From an uncultured euryarchaeote (GTDB lineage Archaea; Thermoplasmatota; Poseidoniia; Poseidoniales; Poseidoniaceae), in the NCBI GenBank assembly GCA_937892945.1, contig CALBIL010000096.1, positions 52,489 to 116,488 of the forward strand: a stretch of 64,000 nucleotides of DNA, written 5' to 3'. Every line of letters starts with the position of its first letter. The first letter of the stretch is position 1. The notes beneath the pieces are model-generated. The model searched no databases and had not been told where the DNA came from. It saw only the letters and a program-made list of their open reading frames with translations. Positions 53,598 to 63,905 of the stretch are shown in pieces. Position numbers and translations under genes: made by a program.

Positions 53598-54482
53598 TCA
53601 CTCATTTGATCCGATGAAGGACATTGATTCTGTGTTGAAATCTGATTGTATCAAACCGAGTTCTTGACCTTCACGGATAAAACGACGTACTGAGGCTCTT
53701 CCTTCCGCTTCGTAATCGATAGTACGATCATTAACATACATGCCGACGAATTCACGGTTTGTTTCATCATCGATACCACGACCCCATTGTTTTGCAAATT
53801 CCAAAGCTTCATCCGGAGATTTTAGAGCAAATTCAATACTCATTTTTGTATATTTTGTAATATCTTCCATGACTTGTTCTCCGAGATCTCGTCGCACAAC
53901 ATTGCCCCCCAAGGGCATTGGCCATCCATTGGTGCGATCATTCCACCATACACCTAGGTCAAGATGAACCTCAAGGTTGTCATCGACATAAGTCAATTGA
54001 CCCTCGTGAATAATGAGTCCACTTTTGTATGTTCCATCAAGAATGCGAGGAATAATCTCGTCGAAAGGAACGACTGCAATATCACAATCACCCCAAGAAA
54101 GTCGAAGACCCAAATATGCACTTGTTTTCAAACCTGGAACTGCGATCGTTGATGAACGAACTTCGTCTAAGGAGGCGCCCGGAAGTGAAACCACCATAGG
54201 TCCATATCCTTCACCCATTGAAGCGCCGCAATTCATCAATGCATAATCCTTTGAAATTTCTGGAAATGCGTGAATCGAAACTGCTGAAACTTCCAGTTCA
54301 GATCTCATTGCGCGGTGGTTGAGAGTTTCTATATCCTGTAATTCATGGATGAAATTATAGCCTGGTGTAGGAAATGCTCCTGTCGTCATAGCATGAAACA
54401 TAAAAGCATCATCAGGGTCAGGAGAGTGCCCGATTCGAACTATCTTATTGCCGTCTTCATCAAGAGGTAACTGTGCCACCAT
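53598..54482 (-). CDS. mqnD: MqnA/MqnD-family menaquinone (futalosine pathway) protein, probably 1,4-dihydroxy-6-naphthoate synthase
   Basis: VRIGHSPDPDDAFMFHAM and a periplasmic-binding-protein-like fold pattern. GGGAG sits 4 nt upstream of ATG 54482. The track start 54530 is GTG. Confidence 0.65.
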   Translation of the reverse strand: MVAQLPLDEDGNKIVRIGHSPDPDDAFMFHAMTTGAFPTPGYNFIHELQDIETLNHRAMRSELEVSAVSIHAFPEISKDYALMNCGASMGEGYGPMVVSLPGASLDEVRSSTIAVPGLKTSAYLGLRLSWGDCDIAVVPFDEIIPRILDGTYKSGLIIHEGQLTYVDDNLEVHLDLGVWWNDRTNGWPMPLGGNVVRRDLGEQVMEDITKYTKMSIEFALKSPDEALEFAKQWGRGIDDETNREFVGMYVNDRTIDYEAEGRASVRRFIREGQELGLIQSDFNTESMSFIGSNE

Positions 54483-54597
54483 GATGCTCCCACATGGGGG
54501 ACCTTGATGAACCAACCGCCGGCATTCCACAACGATTAACGAAACTGTGCGTCAAGTATTCAAGTGGAGTCGACCAAGAGAGTATGGGGCAGAGGGC

Positions 54598-56733
54598 ATG
54601 GTGGCGGGACTTTCCAAATTCCAAACCCATATCTGCCTTATACTGACCTGTTTATTCATCCTCCCCTCTGCAGCCGGACAATATTCGGACATTGCTTATC
54701 TTGATGTTACGACCGTATCTTCAGCGACAGAATCACAGGCTGTCGACATGAACCCTAATGGTACATATCTTGCAAGTGCTTATGGTGGTCTCGTGGCGAT
54801 TCATGAAGTCAATTCTCTGGAACTCATGATGTCATTCACGGTAGAGAGTGATGTATTGGATGTCGAGTTTTCACCCGATGGTCAATTCTTAGCGTTCTCA
54901 CGTTCAGGCCAGGCTGCAGATACAGACACAATTCAATTGATTGATGTGCATGCAATGGAACTGACCTCAAAACAACACGGGTCGAATTCACAACCCGAAA
55001 AGATTCAATGGTCACCAGATGGAAGTCTGTTGGCTGTTCCGAACAGCAACAATGGTATTGACATGTTGCGCATCACAGATATGGAGGTTGAGAGAACGCT
55101 CACTGGAGAGCACAATGCACGTATTACATGCATCGCTTTTTCCTCTCTTGGCTACACCTTGACGGGTGATGAAGCAGGACGTCTCGTCATGTGGACGCCT
55201 CAAGGCCACTCTACTGAAAAAGAATGGAACCTCTATTCAAAGATTAAATCCTGCAGTTTTGATTCGGTTGATGAACGGTTTGCAGTGTTGACTACAGATG
55301 GAGAGTTAAGCACATGGCTCTTTGACGGTGGATCAATTTCTAAAGTTACCTTCGATGGAGGGGGTGGGTTACATTGGTCTTCAGATGACAATTCAATTCA
55401 TGTGTTAGAAGTTGGAAGTACTCCGCGTGTAATCACTGTTGATTCGGAGAATTTAGAAGTTTCCATCTCGATTTATCTCGCACATCAAGCGCTTGATTTT
55501 ACTCTGAGAGAAAACCAATTTGGAACTCGTGAGATGGTGTTTGTAGCCACAAATACTGGACATATTGCCGTCTATGGTGCAACGGCCCTCCCCATTGGGT
55601 ACGGTGAAAATGGAGCTGACCTCGATGGAGATAATGTTCCTGACTCTTATGATGGCGATGATGATGGGGACGCCATACTTGATGAAAACGACAACAAGTG
55701 CCAAGATGTTGAACTTCAATGTAGCAAATCCCCTAATATTGAAACCATACGTCATGTTGAGATCATAATAGATTCTACTTCATTCCAAATTAAAGACACC
55801 TTTACTTTGGACTCTCGTACATCTTCGGCATTAAGGAATCTATCGAGGGGGTCATTGATTGGCGATATTAAATTGAGCCAAGAGGAGGCGGATTTCTTAT
55901 CGGAGACTATCTGTGAAAATATGGATCAAAATCACTATGTAAGTTCATGGACAAATGTTATTCTTCTTTCGTCCGGACAACTGCAAGACGGATATGTCGA
56001 CTGTCAGATTGAAAGAGGCATGGTACTTACTCCAAAAAATGATTACAGTACGCATATCGCATTCACCTATAGCCTGACCTTTAATTTAAGTGACTCGATG
56101 ACTTATCCCTTTGAATTCACTTTACAATCCCAACCATCTGCTACCGATGCATCACTTGCCCAACACGCACAGATGCACCCCCTTGATGTCTCAGTCCATA
56201 GTACGAATTCTCAATCACTCTATTGGTCACCATGGTGGGTCATCGAAGGTGAACTTTCATTCACATTGGAGGAAGAAATGGAGCCTGAACCGAGTGTTTC
56301 AGAAAAAATATCGGAGATACTCATTTCTTATCCAATACTTTTTGTCCCGATACTGGGACTTCTCGCAGCTGGTATTGTTTATATTATTCGAATACAGAAT
56401 TCAATTGATATGGATTTTGATGATGAACACCATCCAAACGTGAAAGAAGAGGTAGGAGATGAATCCGAAGAGCCTTATGAAGAACCTGTTATGACAGATG
56501 AACCAGTTATTCAAGCACCTGCCAAACCCAGAAGAAAAGCCAAACAATCACCCCTTGGAACTGATGGCCCGATTACAAAAGTGAAACGGAAACGACTTGA
56601 TAGCGTCGTATCGGAACCAAAAACAGTTTCGAAAAAGAAGACAGTATCAAAGAAAAAAGTGGTCGTAGAATCTAAAATTAAAAAAGTGATAAAAAAACGC
56701 CGTGTCGTCACATACTCAGATGCCGAAGAGTAA
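54598..56733 (+). CDS. secreted/anchored beta-propeller (WD40/PD40-like) protein with TSP3-like Ca2+-binding repeat, C-terminal TM and Lys-rich tail
   Basis: ATG 54598 gives the signal-like MVAGLSKFQTHICLILTCLFILPSAAG. Repeated FSPDGQFLAF, WSPDGSLLAV and IAFSSLGYTLTGDEAGRLVMW blades. DLDGDNVPDSYDGDDDGDAILDENDNKC. TM ILFVPILGLLAAGIVYII. Confidence 0.7.
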   Translation: MVAGLSKFQTHICLILTCLFILPSAAGQYSDIAYLDVTTVSSATESQAVDMNPNGTYLASAYGGLVAIHEVNSLELMMSFTVESDVLDVEFSPDGQFLAFSRSGQAADTDTIQLIDVHAMELTSKQHGSNSQPEKIQWSPDGSLLAVPNSNNGIDMLRITDMEVERTLTGEHNARITCIAFSSLGYTLTGDEAGRLVMWTPQGHSTEKEWNLYSKIKSCSFDSVDERFAVLTTDGELSTWLFDGGSISKVTFDGGGGLHWSSDDNSIHVLEVGSTPRVITVDSENLEVSISIYLAHQALDFTLRENQFGTREMVFVATNTGHIAVYGATALPIGYGENGADLDGDNVPDSYDGDDDGDAILDENDNKCQDVELQCSKSPNIETIRHVEIIIDSTSFQIKDTFTLDSRTSSALRNLSRGSLIGDIKLSQEEADFLSETICENMDQNHYVSSWTNVILLSSGQLQDGYVDCQIERGMVLTPKNDYSTHIAFTYSLTFNLSDSMTYPFEFTLQSQPSATDASLAQHAQMHPLDVSVHSTNSQSLYWSPWWVIEGELSFTLEEEMEPEPSVSEKISEILISYPILFVPILGLLAAGIVYIIRIQNSIDMDFDDEHHPNVKEEVGDESEEPYEEPVMTDEPVIQAPAKPRRKAKQSPLGTDGPITKVKRKRLDSVVSEPKTVSKKKTVSKKKVVVESKIKKVIKKRRVVTYSDAEE

Positions 56734-56760
56734 TGCCAGGATACAAAGAATTCAATGCAT

Positions 56761-57558
56761 CTACCACGCGAATTCGGCGCCACTCTCGAGACCGCATGCT
56801 TCTACAAGGAATTCATTGAGCCCAGAAAGGTGCTCATCGTCAATCCTGTTGAACACTTCTCCGAAATATCGGTCAAGGCGTTCATAATCAAGATCAGAAC
56901 GAGTAAGAGCCCATTGAATGACTTTTTCTCTCTGCTCACTGTTTTGTTCAAACATCCGGAGATTTTCAGTGAGTATGCCTTGAGCAACTCGGAGAGATTC
57001 TATTGGTGTGTCCTTACGTGCAGCAAAGACTCCGAAAACCATCGGTTTTTGGGTGAATTGAAGCCAGTCAGTACCGAGGTCGAGTTGTACTGACGCAGGA
57101 TTTTTCTTTGCCTCTTCAAGTGCCCTGTCTCCGATGAGCAAGGCACCATCACATTTCGCAAGCATACTTCCAAGGTCAGGGCCCATGAGTTCGAGATGTG
57201 GCGCAAGATGACGTTTTCCAAGAAGATATTTGAGCAATTGTACAGATGTCGCTGAATCTGTGGGGAGTGCGATTGATTTCATGCTTTCAAGAGGCATAGT
57301 TCCAAAGACCAATACGCTTCCAACTTCTCCTCGACTGCAAATTCCGATATCTGGTAAGAGGATAAGTTCGTCGGAGTGTCGGGCATAATCTGCAGCTGGA
57401 ATCGGTGCTAAGATGCAATCTTTTCGTAGGAGATGACCTGTGAGCCAGGCCGGTGGGGCTGCAAGAACCTCCCATTTTTTATCAAGGCCGTAAAACAAAG
57501 GGTCGCAATTCAAAAAAGCAACTCTTCCTATTGTGTTCATCCAAAGTGAATCCTGCAT
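56761..57558 (-). CDS. mqnA: chorismate dehydratase (futalosine pathway MqnA)
   Basis: IGRVAFLNCDPLFYGL ... LAPIPAADYARH pattern. It follows the radical SAM mqn gene after 9 nt. Confidence 0.7.
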   Translation of the reverse strand: MQDSLWMNTIGRVAFLNCDPLFYGLDKKWEVLAAPPAWLTGHLLRKDCILAPIPAADYARHSDELILLPDIGICSRGEVGSVLVFGTMPLESMKSIALPTDSATSVQLLKYLLGKRHLAPHLELMGPDLGSMLAKCDGALLIGDRALEEAKKNPASVQLDLGTDWLQFTQKPMVFGVFAARKDTPIESLRVAQGILTENLRMFEQNSEQREKVIQWALTRSDLDYERLDRYFGEVFNRIDDEHLSGLNEFLVEACGLESGAEFAW

Positions 57559-57567
57559 AACATCAAC

Positions 57568-58782
57568 TCAAAGGTTTGCCATTTTCAATTGTGTACGCGG
57601 TTTTACAACTGGGGGGATGAATATTTCGAACTTTTCATAAGTCGTATTCCGTTGGACAGGTATGCAACCAGCATCTGAGATGAGGCGGGCTAAACGTATA
57701 CGATCGTGGTCCAAGGGGGTCGTTGAACCTGCGAGATGCATAATCGATTCTTTTTGAACGGTACCATCGATATCATCTGCGCCATATTGGAGGGCAAGTT
57801 CCGCCAATTCATCTCCAATGTTCATTCTGTATGCTTTGATGTGGGGGATTGAGTCGAGCATGAGACGCGAAATTGCAATCGTACGAAGTATCTCGCTACC
57901 CGTTGCCAATTGAGCCTCTGGTAAGCGTGAATGGTCCGGTAGGTATGGGTAAGGTACGAAACACTGGAAACCTTGTGTTTCGTCGTTAAGTTCACGAAGT
58001 TGAATCATGTGCATCAATCGCTGTTCGAGTGTCTCAATGGTTCCGAAAAGCATAGTGCAATTCGTTGGGATTTGTAATTCATGTGCACTTCGATGAATTT
58101 CAAGATATTCTGATGAACTTTCTTTACCATTACAAATGACAGCACGGACTTCATCATCGAGAATTTCAGCACCGCCACCAGGTAATGAACCAAGTCCAGC
58201 GGTTTTCAATCTTTGAAGCGTCTCTTTGAACGTAATATTTGATAATTGAGAAAGATGCTTTATTTCAACAGCCGTTAAGGCTTTAATCGAAATATGAGGG
58301 AATCGTTGCCTCGTTGCCTTGAAAAGCGATTCATAGTGCTCCACTGCCCAATCAGGGTGAAGACCGCCTACAGAGTGGACTTCGTCTACTACATCAGCAT
58401 ACTGGCTTAAATCATCGAGGTAAGCTTCGATATCGAGCGAATAAGCATCGTCTGCCCTCTTCGAACGACGGAAGGCGCAGAACTTGCATGCGAGTACGCA
58501 TACATTTGTTTGATTGACATGGACATTTGAATTAAAAAAAGCAAATGAGCCAAAACGTGCTTTTCGAACACAATCAGATAAGCGTCCAACTTCTGAAAGA
58601 TTAGCATGAGAATAAAGTAGAAGGCCATCGGTAAGAGTAAGCCGTTGACCGTTGGCAACCTTTTCTGCGATTGGGCGTATCTGCCCGCTCCATGAAGACA
58701 AATCACCTACGAATTCACTAAGTTTTCCCTTCCAATCGGGGTTTGAACCAGCGTCTTGGGTAGAAGATTCCCATGCTGACAT
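57568..58782 (-). CDS. radical SAM enzyme of the MqnC/MqnE/CofH family (futalosine pathway)
   Basis: CVLACKFCAF CxxxCxxC cluster, GGLHPDW and GGGAEILDD. I cannot separate MqnC from MqnE by eye. Confidence 0.8.
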   Translation of the reverse strand: MSAWESSTQDAGSNPDWKGKLSEFVGDLSSWSGQIRPIAEKVANGQRLTLTDGLLLYSHANLSEVGRLSDCVRKARFGSFAFFNSNVHVNQTNVCVLACKFCAFRRSKRADDAYSLDIEAYLDDLSQYADVVDEVHSVGGLHPDWAVEHYESLFKATRQRFPHISIKALTAVEIKHLSQLSNITFKETLQRLKTAGLGSLPGGGAEILDDEVRAVICNGKESSSEYLEIHRSAHELQIPTNCTMLFGTIETLEQRLMHMIQLRELNDETQGFQCFVPYPYLPDHSRLPEAQLATGSEILRTIAISRLMLDSIPHIKAYRMNIGDELAELALQYGADDIDGTVQKESIMHLAGSTTPLDHDRIRLARLISDAGCIPVQRNTTYEKFEIFIPPVVKPRTQLKMANL

Positions 58783-58845
58783 GGCCTAACCTGTGGCGCT
58801 TCATTCTTCAAGATGTGGTTACTTCCATAAGGAAGTAAATATGAA

Positions 58846-61734
58846 TCATTGAATTGCAAAATATCGAGAATTGACAATGAACTTTCTAAACTCATCGACA
58901 ATGAAAACTCCAGAAGCAACAAGAGTAATCACGAACCAATCACTTGCTTGCAAACTCATGGTCGAAAGAAGGTTACCAATTTGAACATCCATAATTGGAA
59001 TCGTATAATTTGAAAGTTGAACAAAGAAAAGTAGTAAACTCAGTGAGATCACTAAAGCATAGTTTATGGCATTATTTGAGAATAATCCGAGTTTGAAAAT
59101 ACTTTCATCACTTGATCTGCAATTGAGTACATTGAACAGTTGATAAAGAATGAAGACTGAAAATGTCATGGTTTGGGCATACGCAAATTTACCGTCCGCA
59201 TATTCTTCTGAAGCAAGAGTGTCACCTGCAAGGCATGCATCCCTGTCATAGCCAGTAAAGGTGTCAAGGTCTGTGAGAGGAGGTGTTTCACAGAGTTCAC
59301 CGTTTATCCCGCCTCCTGCGAGGAAGAAGACCAAGAGAGTACCAGTAACCATGACAGCGCCTAACCAAAAGATGAGGACGATATCACTGAAATTTGGAAG
59401 GCCTTCATTCACCGGACGCGGTGGACGGGACATGACATTACCATGCTTCTTTTCGACCCCAAGTGCAACGGCTGGTGGGCCGTCCATCAAGATGTTAATG
59501 ACTAAAATTTGAGTAGCTGTAAGTGGCAAGTTCCAACCAAACACAAAGGTTGAGATGATGATTAAGGCGACCGCAGCCACGTTTGTTGAAACTTGATAGC
59601 GTACGAAATTACGAATGTTTTGATAAATTTTACGTCCCTCTTCTATAGCGTGGACGATATTGGCGAAATTGTCATCTTGCAAGACCATGTCAGCGGCGTC
59701 TTTCGCTACATCAGTTCCAGCAATGCCCATCGCAATACCGATATTAGCGCGGGAGAGGGCAGGTGCATCATTTACGCCATCTCCAGTCATTGCGACAATC
59801 TCACCCCGAGATTGGAGACCTGATACAATACGCATTTTTTGTTCGGGTGTCACTCTCGAGAAAATACTCGCTTGAGACGCTGCTTCACTGATTGCATCAT
59901 CATCGAGTGTCGCTAGAACACTACCGTTGATTGGAGCAATTCCACCTTCCGTGATGTTCAGTTCTCTTCCAATTGCTTCAGCTGTATATTGTTGGTCCCC
60001 TGTAATCATTTTTACTCTGATTCCAGCTTGTTGACAGATGGCAATTGCATCTTTCACTTCAGCACGAGGAGGATCCATAATTCCTACGAGTCCGAGGAAA
60101 ATGAAACCTGATTCCACGACATTTACATCATGTATGTCTTCATCATCATCTAATTTACGTGCGCAAAGAGCGAGAACACGCATTGCTTGGCTCGCCATAT
60201 CTTTATTGGCTTGGGATGCGAAATCAATATCTAACTTTTCGATAGGTACAATTTCACCATCCACTATTTTCCAGTCGACAAGTGAAACATAACCTCCAGC
60301 GCCTCCTTTAGAAAAGACCCAACGTTCACCTTCGTATTCATGAATGACTGACATACGTTTGCGTGTGGTATCGAAAAAGAACTCATGAATCCTTGAATGG
60401 CGTTGTGCGAATTTGCGAACATCACCGTTAATTTTCCAACCTAAAACTGCACATGCTGAATCAGTTGGGTTACCAATTGCTTGCCATTGAGAATCTACTT
60501 TGGAAATCTGTGAATTATGGCAGAGACTCAAACAAGCTGCTGAGAGTCGGAAAACCAGGTCGCTCTGGAGATCTTCCATTTTAGAGTCCGACACTTCTAC
60601 GCCATCCAAGGAAAGTTTACCTTTGGGTTTGAAACCTTCACCGGAAACAGTAAATGCGCCGTCTGTTGTTACGAATTGACGCACAGTCATTTGGTTTTTT
60701 GTAAGTGTGCCAGTTTTGTCTGAACAAATAACAGTAGTTGATCCCAATGTCTCAACGGCTTTCATCCGCCGTATGATGGCCTTATGACGCGCCATATTAC
60801 GCATTCCAAGAGCGAGAGTGATGACAAGAATAATCGGTAACCCTTCTGGTACAATTGCGACAAAGATGGCAATGGCGACAATGAATTGCTCGACTGCTAC
60901 GTCACGGAGGCCGATAGTATCGATTGCAGGGTCGCCATAAGCGATGAGGACCTTAATCGAAACCAAGAGCGTAGCAACAACCAGAGCGATAAATCCTAAG
61001 AAACGACCAAGGGATTCTAATTTCAATTCCAATGGAGTCTTCGGCGATTCTGAACCGACGATATCGCTTGCAATACGACCAAGTTCAGTCGACATCCCAG
61101 TTTCAACTACAATCCCAATTGCTCGACCAGTAGAAACACATGTTCCCATGTACGCCATATTATTACGATCAGCAAGAAGTGTTGATGAAGGAAGTGCATC
61201 TGTAGATTTTAGAATACTGTTTGACTCTCCTGTCAATGAGGACTCATCAATTTTACATTGATACGATTCTACAACACGTATGTCTGCTGGGACATTCAGA
61301 CCTTCATCGAGTTTTACAACATCACCGGGGACGAGGTCAGGTGTTGGAATTGACCATTCTATTCCATCTCTGATGACAACACAGGTAGAGACCGACATCT
61401 GTTTGAGTGCATCCATTGCTTGTTCTGCTTGACCTTCTTGCCAAAACCCAAAAGTTGCATTAGCTGTAAGTACAATAAAAATGAATATTGCATCACCTGG
61501 TTGGTCAGGATGAATAAGCAATGCGACGATGGCAGCTGTAATCAGCAAATAATTCAAAGGGTCATGATATTGTGAAAAGAAACGAAGAAGAGATGATGTC
61601 TTTTCGGGTTCCTTCAACTTGTTCATTCCATGAAGAGAACGGCGATTTTGAACTTCTTGTTCACTTAGTCCATTCAAATCAGTATCGAGAGCATGGATTG
61701 TTTCATCAGAATTTAAATCATGCCATGAACTCAT
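58846..61734 (-). CDS. type II P-type cation ATPase, Ca2+-ATPase-like
   Basis: TGES, VPEGLP (M4), phosphorylation site CSDKTGTLT, KGGAG, MITGDQ, TGDGVNDAPAL and NILMDGPPA (M6). I trimmed the start to ATG 61734 (GAGGGG 8 nt upstream). The track ORF start 61902 would overlap the divergent OPT gene. Confidence 0.9.
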   Translation of the reverse strand: MSSWHDLNSDETIHALDTDLNGLSEQEVQNRRSLHGMNKLKEPEKTSSLLRFFSQYHDPLNYLLITAAIVALLIHPDQPGDAIFIFIVLTANATFGFWQEGQAEQAMDALKQMSVSTCVVIRDGIEWSIPTPDLVPGDVVKLDEGLNVPADIRVVESYQCKIDESSLTGESNSILKSTDALPSSTLLADRNNMAYMGTCVSTGRAIGIVVETGMSTELGRIASDIVGSESPKTPLELKLESLGRFLGFIALVVATLLVSIKVLIAYGDPAIDTIGLRDVAVEQFIVAIAIFVAIVPEGLPIILVITLALGMRNMARHKAIIRRMKAVETLGSTTVICSDKTGTLTKNQMTVRQFVTTDGAFTVSGEGFKPKGKLSLDGVEVSDSKMEDLQSDLVFRLSAACLSLCHNSQISKVDSQWQAIGNPTDSACAVLGWKINGDVRKFAQRHSRIHEFFFDTTRKRMSVIHEYEGERWVFSKGGAGGYVSLVDWKIVDGEIVPIEKLDIDFASQANKDMASQAMRVLALCARKLDDDEDIHDVNVVESGFIFLGLVGIMDPPRAEVKDAIAICQQAGIRVKMITGDQQYTAEAIGRELNITEGGIAPINGSVLATLDDDAISEAASQASIFSRVTPEQKMRIVSGLQSRGEIVAMTGDGVNDAPALSRANIGIAMGIAGTDVAKDAADMVLQDDNFANIVHAIEEGRKIYQNIRNFVRYQVSTNVAAVALIIISTFVFGWNLPLTATQILVINILMDGPPAVALGVEKKHGNVMSRPPRPVNEGLPNFSDIVLIFWLGAVMVTGTLLVFFLAGGGINGELCETPPLTDLDTFTGYDRDACLAGDTLASEEYADGKFAYAQTMTFSVFILYQLFNVLNCRSSDESIFKLGLFSNNAINYALVISLSLLLFFVQLSNYTIPIMDVQIGNLLSTMSLQASDWFVITLVASGVFIVDEFRKFIVNSRYFAIQ

Positions 61735-61754
61735 AAAAAAGACCCCTCGGAAGA

Positions 61755-61768
61755 ACCGAATGTTCGGT
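61755..61768. promoter_or_regulatory. inverted repeat ACCGAA-TG-TTCGGT in the ATPase/OPT divergent control region
   Basis: Read directly from the sequence. It lies 21 nt upstream of ATPase ATG 61734, between a TATA-like TTATTATCATAA (minus strand, about 61783-61796) and the SD. Confidence 0.3.
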
Positions 61769-61856
61769 GGTAAGAGGGTGGACTTATGATAATAATGGTG
61801 GGGGTCCCTTTTGTTGCGAGCGATGTATTCAACAACTGCCTTGAGTTGGAGATGAT

Positions 61857-63905
61857 ATGAGCGGTTTGGGTGAACCTTACATCCCTGCGAGTGAGTCGCC
61901 AAAAGAGTTGACTTTGCGTGTCGTCATCGTCGGTATTGTTTTGGGAATTCTAATGACCGCAGCAAATGCCTACCTCGGGCTTTACGCAGGGATGACGGTA
62001 TCTGCAAGTATTCCTGCAGCTGTCATGTCAATGATTATTTTGAGGACGATGTTTAACGATGTGTCGATTCTTGAAAACAATGCAGTTCAAACAATGGCAA
62101 GTGCAGGTGAATCACTTGCAGCAGGTATCATTTTCACTGTCCCAGCACTCCTTGTCATCGGTATTTGGGATGAGATTCAATGGCTTGATACCTTGATTAT
62201 CGCTCTTCTTGGTGGTTTACTTGGAACCATGTTTACCATTGCTTTACGTCGTTTGTTCATTGTTGAAGAAGCACTTCCCTATCCCGAAGGGGTTGCATGT
62301 AGAGAAGTTCTCGTTGCAGGTGAAGAAGGTGGAGAAGGCGCTTTAGCAATTCTCTACGCCCTCGGAATTGGCGCAATTTATGGCTTAATGGTGAAAGGAT
62401 TCAAAGTAACACACCACAATGTTGAATCTGCTTGGGAGTTTTTGGGCACTCGAGTCTATGCCGGTATGGACCTTTCAATTGCACTTCTTTCTGTAGGATA
62501 TATTGTTGGAATCCGAATTGCCTCGTTTATTTTCCTCGGTGGAGTACTTGGATTCGGAGTACTTGTACCAATGTACGGCTTAATTCGCGGATGGCCGGAT
62601 TCACCTGATTTAGTAACTGGCTTTTATTCAATTTGGGCTTCAGAAATTCGTTATGTAGGCGTTGGTGCAATGGTTGTTGGAGGTGTCTATACACTTTGGT
62701 CAATGCGAAAAACAATCTTTACAGGACTCTCAAAGGCACTCATTAAAACCGATAAGTCAGATGAAGTTCTGCTTAGAACTGAATTAGATTTACCTTTAAA
62801 CAAAGTGTTGATGGTTTGCGGTATACTCGTTGGTTTGACATTCCTCTACTATTGGTGGGCGACGGGATCCTTGATTTTAGCGCTTGCAGGAGCCCTTTTC
62901 CTTGGTGTTGTCTCCTTCTTTTTCGCAGCAGTCGCTGGATATATTGCAGGTGTCGTTGGTTCTTCAAACTCGCCAGTCTCAGGTATGACAATCGCTACGC
63001 TCTTGTTTACCGTAGCATTAGTATGGGTTGTTGGAGACTTCTTCCTCGGATTAGGAACTGAAGAACTCATGCTCGCAACCTTACTCATCGCAGCTATTGT
63101 CGCTTCATCAGCAGCAATTGCTGGTGACGTCATGCAGGACCTCAAGACTGGACACATGGTCGGAGCAACGCCGTGGCGCCAGCAAACTGCAGAGATTATT
63201 GGCGTGGTAACCGGTGCTATCATCATTGGGCCAACTCTTCAACTTCTTCACAAAGCATTTCGAATTTCCAAAACAGCCTGTGAAATGAATCCTCTTCCTG
63301 ATGATCCGACCTGTTCAAATGCTTTGTTTGCTCCACAAGCCGAATTAATTGGGGCCATTGTTCAAGGAGCATTTGGAGGAGACTTAAATATCCAAATGGT
63401 GATGCTCGGTGCGATTATTGCAGTAGCCTTGATCATGCTAAAAATGCCGGTTATGAGTGTTGCCATCGGAATCTATCTGCCACTCGGTCTATCTGTCCCG
63501 ATCATGCTGGGTGGTATCATCTCATATTTCGCCCTCAATTCGGCCTACCTTCGGATTGATGGAAACCTCGACGGCCATCCTTCTAAAGAAGCTGAGAAAG
63601 CTGGCAAGGAGGTTGAAAATCGTGGCGTCCTCATAGGTGCAGGATTCATTGCAGGTGAATCCATACTTGGTGTTTTAATTGCGGTCCTCATTGTCATGAA
63701 AATTAAACTCGATGTCATCTTCGGAGTTTCAACCCTCAATGATTTATTTTCACTCCTCTTCTTTGGTTGGTTTGTTGCAGTATTTATTTGGCTCGCCACA
63801 CGAGCATTACCGAAAGGTGGTAATCTCTTCAACGAGGCAATATTTATTGTTAAGAATATTACTTGGAAGTTCTTCAATGCCTTCAAACTCAAGAACTTGA
63901 AGTGA
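61857..63905 (+). CDS. OPT-family oligopeptide transporter
   Basis: 682 aa with about 16 hydrophobic spans. The N-terminal ELTLRVVIVGIVLGILMTAANAYLGLYAGMTVSASIPAAVMSM is typical of the bacterial/archaeal OPT clade. GGAG lies upstream of ATG 61857. Confidence 0.9.
   Translation: MSGLGEPYIPASESPKELTLRVVIVGIVLGILMTAANAYLGLYAGMTVSASIPAAVMSMIILRTMFNDVSILENNAVQTMASAGESLAAGIIFTVPALLVIGIWDEIQWLDTLIIALLGGLLGTMFTIALRRLFIVEEALPYPEGVACREVLVAGEEGGEGALAILYALGIGAIYGLMVKGFKVTHHNVESAWEFLGTRVYAGMDLSIALLSVGYIVGIRIASFIFLGGVLGFGVLVPMYGLIRGWPDSPDLVTGFYSIWASEIRYVGVGAMVVGGVYTLWSMRKTIFTGLSKALIKTDKSDEVLLRTELDLPLNKVLMVCGILVGLTFLYYWWATGSLILALAGALFLGVVSFFFAAVAGYIAGVVGSSNSPVSGMTIATLLFTVALVWVVGDFFLGLGTEELMLATLLIAAIVASSAAIAGDVMQDLKTGHMVGATPWRQQTAEIIGVVTGAIIIGPTLQLLHKAFRISKTACEMNPLPDDPTCSNALFAPQAELIGAIVQGAFGGDLNIQMVMLGAIIAVALIMLKMPVMSVAIGIYLPLGLSVPIMLGGIISYFALNSAYLRIDGNLDGHPSKEAEKAGKEVENRGVLIGAGFIAGESILGVLIAVLIVMKIKLDVIFGVSTLNDLFSLLFFGWFVAVFIWLATRALPKGGNLFNEAIFIVKNITWKFFNAFKLKNLK

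Noticed and set aside
53389-53601. 70-codon GTG-start ORF whose start overlaps the mqnD stop (GTGA)
   Set aside because: It has no ATG, no SD, and no motif or hydrophobic pattern. I discuss it only as part of the unexplained 259-bp region.
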